A stretch of DNA of 33,069 bases, taken from a virus. Positions 26,911 to 33,069 of the stretch are shown here, in pieces (the stretch's first letter is position 1; every line of letters begins with the position of its first letter). A model generated the notes under the pieces. The model did no database searches and had not been told where the DNA came from. It saw only the letters and a program-made list of their open reading frames with translations. The DNA is taken from the UHGV virus genome UHGV-1427736. The stretch is one strand, 5' to 3'. A program made the position numbers and the translations under genes.

Positions 26911-29229
26911 TCAATGGTCCATTGTGAATCCCGGCCACTCATCAGCGACCGGATACGTGAATTTTTTACCGTCGTAATTTACAGTCGCGCCACGCGCCAG
27001 CGCCTCAAGCTCCCATCGCTGCGGCCTGATACCGTTCTGAGCAAGGTCAACGCGGATACGGGTGATTTGCATTCGTTCCGACCTGTTCAGTCTGGCCGAT
27101 GGCGCTATTTCATGCGGTTTTAACGGGCTTCCGTTTCTTTGCTGACGGTTTGGTCTTCTCAGGCCGTGTTTTAATGCGCTTCTGAGCGCCCTCACGACCT
27201 CCGGGTCATTCCATTCGATAACACCGTCATCAACCAGATTAAGCACGGCTGCGGCGTGCTCAGAAGGTGTGGGAGCCGGTAACGAAGTATCACCACCGGT
27301 GAGCTTTCCACAGTTATTGACAGGACTCCGAGGCGCGGCGATGCCGCTTTTTAAAGTCAAAGGCTCAACGACCGGAACTTTCGGCACAATGCGCCAGTCC
27401 GTCGTTCTGGTGATATGAATATGACGCGCGCCGAGATGCGGCGCGTAAATGCCGACCACTCTCTCGACTTCTTCCTCATACTCGTTAACGTCATCCGACG
27501 GGCTACGGGCGACCCTGACAGTCTGACAATCGCGCGGGACATTTGCCCCACCCTGCGCGCTGATATACAACGCAAAATCACCACTGTCTGCGGCGGCGCG
27601 TGCAGCCTCGACGCGTTCGTCAAACTCATCAGCAATGCTGACGCCGCGAGGCAATTTGCGTAGTTCACGGTAAGCCCCCATTGTCGGCAGGCCAACCGTT
27701 TTAAATTGCGGAATGCGCCACGTTGACGCCCATGCGGTAACAGCCGCGGCAGTATCTTTCAGCGGCCTGCCAGTATCGTTATCGAGCTGACCATCCAGTG
27801 CATAGCCGTCGATGTTTTTTGAGATGTATTTCGCGATATATCCCGCAGCACCGCCCCGGTTAAGGTGTTTTGCCTGAAAACGGTTTCGCGCAGCGCCTCT
27901 TTCGTCACCATCCTCTTTGAGCGCATAGCGACGCATGATTTCGATAATCTGGTTACGCTGGCGTGGATTACAAAAAAGCATCATATGCCAGTGCGGCGTT
28001 CCGTCGTGGTGTGGCTCAACGACACGCAAACCGTAGACCTGTAAATCATTATCCTTGAATGCCGTCCGCATCAGGCTCCAGATACGGCAGAGATAACGCT
28101 GCGCATCCTTTGGATTAAATGCCTCATCGTTCCAGCCGTGATTAAGCTGAACGGTTTTACTTTCGCCTTTTCCGACCTGACGTGTCGGGTGATACTTTGA
28201 CGGCGCGGTCAGCGTGATAAACATCCCCACATCACCCTCTGCGGCGGCGTAACGCTCAATACCGGCAATGGTGTTCATCAGCTCCATCCGGCGAATTTCA
28301 GGATTAGAAATACTGCCCATCACCTTACTGATAAGGTCGATGCGCTCGCCGGTTTCCCTGTTTTCAAGGTCACACGATTTAAGAAATTCCAGATTTGCCT
28401 GGCGGCGTGCACGTACATCACGAATGGCATGTTTACTGGCATAAGGAGAACGGTCTTTATTCACCTCCCCGACAGCAATCAGTAACGCCTCATGCCAGCG
28501 CATACGCTGGCCTTTAAGCTGATGAGTCCACCACTCATCGTTAAACAGACGGGCAATGGCAGAATATGCCTGCCTCGTGGTTATCTGTCCTTTACGGTAT
28601 TTTTTCCAGTAGAGCGGGGAAATATTGAAAGCACGTGCAGCGCCAGCAACATGACCATACAGATGATCCTGCGCCTCATCCGTAAACAGCGATTCTTTTT
28701 CGCCATGCGCATCCACCCAGGCATCGCAGAGTTCCTCATACATCATGAAAAGCTGCGATGAGATACGGGCGGCAAACTTTTTCAGCTCCTTGTCATTCAT
28801 CCCCGGCAGACGCGCATAATGGTCACGCTCTGCCAAAAACAGCAACGACGCGTCGGTGTTCATTTCATGGCGCTGATTCACACGCTCAATGCGCGGCCAT
28901 AAACGACGCTGAAAAGTGGATGTGAGGAAATAAAACCCGTGCACCGGGCTTTTATTGCGCCGGATGTAGTCATAGCGTGAAGTAAACAGCGAGCGCAAAA
29001 AGTAAGGCAGGCGGTTAATCGTGGATAAAACACCTTGCACCTGACGCATCTCATCACGTGTAAGGGGTCTTTCGCGCCCGACAGCCTCGCGTGGCGCGTT
29101 CCATGCATAAGCACCGGCAAACGTCTTACCGGTGCCTGCGGCAAATGCTGACGGAGGGACAAAACGCCCGGAGGCTTTAACGGCCATATGAGCCAAAAGC
29201 CTCTGAACAACGCTTGCTGAGTTGCTCAA
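26911..29229 (-). CDS. A: Replication initiation protein gpA (rolling-circle nickase)
   Basis: 772 aa ORF in the P2 A position. A possible alternative start at Met15 (MAVKASGRF, ATG at 29187) would reduce the overlap with the upstream ORF. Confidence 0.85.
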   Translation of the reverse strand: MSNSASVVQRLLAHMAVKASGRFVPPSAFAAGTGKTFAGAYAWNAPREAVGRERPLTRDEMRQVQGVLSTINRLPYFLRSLFTSRYDYIRRNKSPVHGFYFLTSTFQRRLWPRIERVNQRHEMNTDASLLFLAERDHYARLPGMNDKELKKFAARISSQLFMMYEELCDAWVDAHGEKESLFTDEAQDHLYGHVAGAARAFNISPLYWKKYRKGQITTRQAYSAIARLFNDEWWTHQLKGQRMRWHEALLIAVGEVNKDRSPYASKHAIRDVRARRQANLEFLKSCDLENRETGERIDLISKVMGSISNPEIRRMELMNTIAGIERYAAAEGDVGMFITLTAPSKYHPTRQVGKGESKTVQLNHGWNDEAFNPKDAQRYLCRIWSLMRTAFKDNDLQVYGLRVVEPHHDGTPHWHMMLFCNPRQRNQIIEIMRRYALKEDGDERGAARNRFQAKHLNRGGAAGYIAKYISKNIDGYALDGQLDNDTGRPLKDTAAAVTAWASTWRIPQFKTVGLPTMGAYRELRKLPRGVSIADEFDERVEAARAAADSGDFALYISAQGGANVPRDCQTVRVARSPSDDVNEYEEEVERVVGIYAPHLGARHIHITRTTDWRIVPKVPVVEPLTLKSGIAAPRSPVNNCGKLTGGDTSLPAPTPSEHAAAVLNLVDDGVIEWNDPEVVRALRSALKHGLRRPNRQQRNGSPLKPHEIAPSARLNRSERMQITRIRVDLAQNGIRPQRWELEALARGATVNYDGKKFTYPVADEWPGFTMDH

Positions 29230-29452
29230 CCTGCGCGTTTAAATCAGCAAAAGACTTTGCGCTTCCGGTCAGAATATCGTGATGCATCAGGCCGGAAACG
29301 AGCTGGCTTAATTTCGGGTAATAACCAACCACCGCCAGCCATTCCTGACCGGCGTTTTTACCGCTTTCCGCTCTCTTTTTCTCGTGGAGAATAAACTGAA
29401 AGCTGTCACTGGTAACGACATAACGTTCGCCAATTTCAATACGAATACTCAT
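29177..29452 (-). CDS. Hypothetical protein (P2 early-operon small ORF)
   Basis: 91 aa ORF translationally coupled (ATGA overlap) to the upstream gene in the B-A early operon. Confidence 0.55.
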   Translation of the reverse strand: MSIRIEIGERYVVTSDSFQFILHEKKRAESGKNAGQEWLAVVGYYPKLSQLVSGLMHHDILTGSAKSFADLNAQVEQLSKRCSEAFGSYGR

Positions 29453-29673
29453 GCCGTTCTCCGGTAATGTTTGTTTTTTGCTTCAAAGACTGACTGACAG
29501 GAAACACAACGCGTGGCTGACGGATAAGCCGCACGACGGGCAGCAGGTATTGGCGCGTCACACTCTTCGCAAACCAGCGCAGAAGCACAGCAATGTTTTA
29601 CCCTTGCCGCGTTAATCTGGCGCTCCAGTAATTCAGCCTGTTGTTCCTGAATAAAATCTACGTTGTCCGGCAT
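29449..29673 (-). CDS. DksA/TraR-type C4 zinc-finger protein
   Basis: 74 aa with paired CxxC motifs (CEEC ... CVSC); AAGGAG RBS; start overlaps the upstream stop. Confidence 0.6.
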   Translation of the reverse strand: MPDNVDFIQEQQAELLERQINAARVKHCCASALVCEECDAPIPAARRAAYPSATRCVSCQSVFEAKNKHYRRTA

Positions 29674-29975
29674 TACCAGCTCCTTTTGTCGTTCAGCTTC
29701 TTAAATTCATCAGCGCAATAACTGGCGAGTTCTGTCATTAATTTTGTCAGTTCATCCACTGAGGAAACTTGCTTGTGGAATACAGCGCGTTTAACAAGTA
29801 AATTGACCACATCAGACAGGAGGTTTAATTCACTCTGATAAATTGCGATAACAGATTCAGTTATTTCGCGCTTCTCTTTATCAATACCAAGTTGAATAAG
29901 AGACAAATCACCATTTTTCATAACGGCGATTTTTAAGGCGTTATTCAGTAATACAACCGAACGAGAACAGGACAT
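29673..29975 (-). CDS. Hypothetical protein (P2 early-operon small ORF)
   Basis: The ORF-track start at 29978 is TTG; first ATG at 29975 with GGGAGG RBS, overlapping the upstream stop (TGATG). Confidence 0.5.
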   Translation of the reverse strand: MSCSRSVVLLNNALKIAVMKNGDLSLIQLGIDKEKREITESVIAIYQSELNLLSDVVNLLVKRAVFHKQVSSVDELTKLMTELASYCADEFKKLNDKRSW

Positions 29976-30199
29976 CAAAGTACCTCCCCGCGAGACAATC
30001 CGATATTGTGAAATTTTTCCGACTCCTGACTGAGCAGCTCGACTATCTCCACGCGGGATAACTCCGCCTTTGTGATGTGGCGAATCATGGCGTCAAGATG
30101 AGAAGAAAAGCGCGTCGCAGCGTCGGCCTGTGCTTCGGTTCTGGCCTGTTGCAGCAGTAATGCGTATATACCGCACTGATTTTCAGAAACTGTATGCAT
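29975..30199 (-). CDS. Hypothetical protein (P2 early-operon small ORF)
   Basis: Start placed at the ATG at 30199 (MHTVSENQ...), which has a GGAGAAAG RBS, rather than the ORF-track start at 30232. Confidence 0.5.
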
Positions 30200-30262
30200 G
30201 ACTTTCTCCAGGCAAAAAGAAGCCCCGCACAATTAAGTACGTTAAAAACTCTGGTTAATTAC

Positions 30263-30763
30263 TTAATGCAGATATTGCTCTGGTTTTACCGACGTCAGAA
30301 TTGTCGGCGCATACTCAAACAGGCTGAATAATTCACGTAATGCACGGAATAAAGCATCACGCCAGTAACATGATTCTTCATTAATTCGCCAGTATGGCTG
30401 GTTAAATTCTTTTTCTGTCAGTCGTGCGTGCATAAATAAAGTACGGCGCTGACTGACGGTTAAAAAACTAATATATGCATACTCACTTGCGCCAACCTGA
30501 CGGCGTTTTGAGAATGCCCCACGCAGTTCATCAATTGCACAAACCAGCCGTTCACGTTCGACGTCGTTCATTTCTTCAAAACGCATCGTTGCGTGACGTT
30601 GTTTTAACTGCGCATGAAAGCAAACTGTTAGCCGTTCGCGCTCCATCATCTGATTATAATAATCACATGTATCCTGCCAGCGAGGGACGGCAAGATGCTT
30701 ACCAATTATCCGGCGCATAGCTGCTGGCTGTTTTTCGACGAGATTGAGCGTCATCACTGTCAT
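30263..30763 (-). CDS. B: Replication protein gpB (helicase loader)
   Basis: 166 aa ORF in the P2 B position downstream of cox. Confidence 0.8.
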   Translation of the reverse strand: MTVMTLNLVEKQPAAMRRIIGKHLAVPRWQDTCDYYNQMMERERLTVCFHAQLKQRHATMRFEEMNDVERERLVCAIDELRGAFSKRRQVGASEYAYISFLTVSQRRTLFMHARLTEKEFNQPYWRINEESCYWRDALFRALRELFSLFEYAPTILTSVKPEQYLH

Positions 30764-30954
30764 TTCCAGACCCTCCGGCTTTTCAGAAAGGTCAGAGCCT
30801 TTTTTAACGGACTCTGTTTTTTGGTGCGGATAATGATTCCCTTACGCCCCTTACCGTGGGTGATGGTGAAGTCAATCGCCCTGGGGCTTTCGTTACGCAA
30901 TAACTGAGCAATACAACGAGGCTCATTCATACGATTCTCCTTAACGTGGTTCAC
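30760..30954 (-). CDS. Hypothetical small protein between cox and B
   Basis: 64 aa ORF with ATGA overlap onto the B start. The start is uncertain because it overlaps the cox 3' end; an internal Met (MNEPRC) is an alternative. Confidence 0.4.
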   Translation of the reverse strand: MNHVKENRMNEPRCIAQLLRNESPRAIDFTITHGKGRKGIIIRTKKQSPLKKALTFLKSRRVWK

Positions 30955-31216
30955 CGAGACCTAACCACATCAACCAGCCGTCACGAATCTCTTTAGGACG
31001 GCTTTCATAAGCCAGTTTTAGTCCGTTATTCCATGCCGGAAGGTATACCCAATATTCACCTGCACGACCTGAAGCTGATTGTGGATCGGTCATATCAATT
31101 ACAGGCAGCTTTCCTTTATCGATCATCCGACGAACCGCTCCTGTCGATTTTCCTATTAGTTTTGCGAACTCCTGATAAGGAATCGCATCAGTCATGAGTG
31201 TTACTTGCTTGCTCAT
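30941..31216 (-). CDS. cox: Cox (excisionase and repressor of Pc)
   Basis: 91 aa, same length as P2 Cox, divergent from C. Confidence 0.85.
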   Translation of the reverse strand: MSKQVTLMTDAIPYQEFAKLIGKSTGAVRRMIDKGKLPVIDMTDPQSASGRAGEYWVYLPAWNNGLKLAYESRPKEIRDGWLMWLGLGEPR

Positions 31217-31330
31217 GTCGTCCTCTAGCCCTCATGAATTGCGTTTAATGCCTTATAATGCCTTTTAGTGCCCACATCCAAGCACTAAACAATCTACATC
31301 TAAACTAAATACTATTGAGATCTAAACACC
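31217..31330. promoter_or_regulatory. Immunity switch region with divergent early promoters (Pe / Pc) and operators
   Basis: 114-bp AT-rich intergenic region between divergent cox and C, as in P2. Individual -10/-35 elements were not resolved. Confidence 0.5.
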
Positions 31331-31630
31331 ATGTCAAACACGATAAGCGAGAAGATAGTCTTAATGCGAAAATCAGAGTATTTGAGCAGACAACAACTTG
31401 CTGATTTAACAGGGGTTCCGTATGGCACGCTGAGTTACTATGAAAGTGGTCGTTCAACACCTCCAACAGATGTCATGATGAACATCCTGCAGACCCCACA
31501 ATTCACCAAATACACTTTATGGTTCATGACCAACCAGATCGCTCCTGAGTCCGGGCAAATTGCGCCCGCTCTCGCACACTTTGGGCAAAACGAAACAACG
31601 TCGCCCCACTCCGGTCAAAAGACTGGTTAA
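31331..31630 (+). CDS. C: Immunity repressor C
   Basis: 99 aa with HTH (SRQQLADLTGVPYGTLSYYESG); same length and position as the P2 C repressor. Confidence 0.85.
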   Translation: MSNTISEKIVLMRKSEYLSRQQLADLTGVPYGTLSYYESGRSTPPTDVMMNILQTPQFTKYTLWFMTNQIAPESGQIAPALAHFGQNETTSPHSGQKTG

Positions 31631-31745
31631 CAATTCATCGTGAATATATTCATTACAAGTGCCTACTATTGGTGGCTAAATTTCAGCCACCACGAAAAAA
31701 GCGATTAGTAGTCGCAAAAAAACACACCACTCGGAGGGTTTTCTG

Positions 31746-32759
31746 ATGGCAATCAAAAAACTCGATGATGGTCGATATGAAGTGGACATCCGCCCTACTG
31801 GACGTAATGGAAAACGCATCCGTAGGAAGTTTGATAAGAAAAGCGAAGCTGTCGCTTTCGAGAAATACACGTTGTACAACCACCACAATAAAGAATGGCT
31901 ATCAAAACCAACAGACAAGCGACGTCTGTCGGAGCTGACACAGATCTGGTGGGATTTAAAGGGTAAACACGAAGAGCATGGGAAATCTAATCTTGGAAAA
32001 ATTGAAATCTTCACAAAAATAACGAATGACCCATGCGCATTTCAAATTACGAAATCGCTTATCAGCCAGTACTGCGCCACCCGAAGAAGCCAGGGTATTA
32101 AACCTTCGAGTATCAATCGTGATTTGACATGTATTAGCGGCATGTTTACAGCCCTGATTGAAGCGGAGTTATTCTTTGGTGAGCACCCTATCAGAGGGAC
32201 AAAAAGGCTTAAGGAGGAAAAACCAGACACAGGCTATCTCACGCAGGAAGAAATTGCCTTACTGCTTGCGGCTCTTGACGGCGACAACAAAAAGATTGCG
32301 ATTCTTTGCCTGAGTACTGGAGCACGTTGGGGAGAAGCAGCTCGTTTGAAAGCAGAAAATATCATCCATAACCGCGTCACGTTTGTTAAAACGAAAACAA
32401 ACAAACCACGCACCGTCCCGATCTCAGAGGCTGTTGCCAAAATGATCGCGGATAACAAACGAGGTTTTTTATTCCCTGATGCTGATTACCCTCGCTTCAG
32501 ACGAACAATGAAAGCAATAAAACCGGATTTGCCAATGGGGCAAGCCACACATGCACTAAGGCACAGCTTTGCCACTCATTTCATGATTAATGGAGGAAGT
32601 ATTATCACGCTACAACGGATACTAGGTCACACACGGATTGAGCAAACTATGGTTTACGCTCATTTTGCGCCAGAGTACCTTCAGGACGCCATTTCTCTTA
32701 ATCCGTTAAGAGGTGGTACTGAGGCCGAGAGTGTCCACACAGTGTCCACAGTAGAGTAA
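31746..32759 (+). CDS. int: Tyrosine integrase
   Basis: 337 aa. Tyrosine-recombinase catalytic residues visible (R...HxLRHSFATH...Y in ALRHSFATHFM and TMVYAHF); P2 Int position downstream of C. Confidence 0.9.
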   Translation: MAIKKLDDGRYEVDIRPTGRNGKRIRRKFDKKSEAVAFEKYTLYNHHNKEWLSKPTDKRRLSELTQIWWDLKGKHEEHGKSNLGKIEIFTKITNDPCAFQITKSLISQYCATRRSQGIKPSSINRDLTCISGMFTALIEAELFFGEHPIRGTKRLKEEKPDTGYLTQEEIALLLAALDGDNKKIAILCLSTGARWGEAARLKAENIIHNRVTFVKTKTNKPRTVPISEAVAKMIADNKRGFLFPDADYPRFRRTMKAIKPDLPMGQATHALRHSFATHFMINGGSIITLQRILGHTRIEQTMVYAHFAPEYLQDAISLNPLRGGTEAESVHTVSTVE

Positions 32760-32838
32760 CGTTTAAGGGCTTTCAGTGGTAATTTATGCCGCTCAAACCC
32801 GCATTGTACCGTTGAAAGCCCCTACTGGTGACACCCTA

Positions 32839-32865
32839 AATCTCCCTTACGCGGGCTTATTTTTT
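32839..32865. other. Prophage attachment core (P2 att core-like, prophage-host junction)
   Basis: AATCTCCCTTACGCGGGCTTATTTTT matches the reverse complement of the P2 att core as I recall it (AAAAAATAAGCCCGTGTAAGGGAGATT) with one or two mismatches, about 80 bp after the int stop. Confidence 0.45.
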
Positions 32866-32943
32866 ACCTTTCATCCTGTTCTTACCCGCTTTTTCCTTCT
32901 CTGGGATACACTCTTTCTATAGTTAAAAAAGGGAGCAACCCGG

Positions 32944-33069
32944 ATGGCATCCTATCCAGACAGTTTATTAATTCTCAATGGCAAAAGTGCAGGCAACGAT
33001 CTGTTGCGCCAGGCGATCACCGAATTGCGTGAAGATGGCGCGCGCATTCACGTGCGGGTGACCTTTGAA
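32944..33069 (+). CDS. yegS: Host gene, N-terminal part (YegS-like lipid kinase), partial at window end
   Basis: [40 protein letters not shown] resembles the N-terminus of enterobacterial YegS as I recall it. GGGAG RBS. Composition returns to host-like after the att core. Confidence 0.45.
   Translation, partial: MASYPDSLLILNGKSAGNDLLRQAITELREDGARIHVRVTFE

Noticed and set aside
1-33069. CRISPR arrays, tRNA or rRNA genes
   Set aside because: No regularly spaced direct repeats and no tRNA-like structure by eye near the att core, consistent with a P2-type integrase that targets a non-tRNA site. A tRNA scan was not run, so small RNAs could have been missed.

Overview
This window is a near-complete P2-like (Peduovirus) prophage in reverse orientation to the standard P2 map, with two AT-rich cargo islands at the two classic P2 variable loci. 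From left to right: a Hin/Gin/Pin-family serine invertase converging on a truncated gpD; the tail genes U, T, E/E', FII and FI (minus strand); cargo island 1 (about 6310-10140, plus strand) with an OLD-family ATPase-Toprim nuclease followed by a retron-type reverse transcriptase; then G, H, I, J, W, V, S, R, the lysis cassette (lysC, lysB, lysA, K, Y), X, L, M, N and O (minus); P and Q (plus); a Q terminator and the P2 cos site; cargo island 2 (about 24960-26800, minus) with a zinc-finger HNH nuclease and a small Rx4H-motif protein; then A, four small P2-type ORFs, B, cox (minus), C and int (plus), the att core, and the start of a yegS-like host gene. The two islands are the interesting part. 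Island 1 looks like a divergent Eco8-like (OLD-effector) retron, with a candidate msr-msd between the two genes flanked by a 14-bp inverted repeat. Island 2 is a two-gene module I cannot assign to any named defence family and is the best candidate for an undescribed system. All assignments rest on reading the supplied translations and sequence by eye and on recalled P2 protein sequences and motifs; no database search was run.
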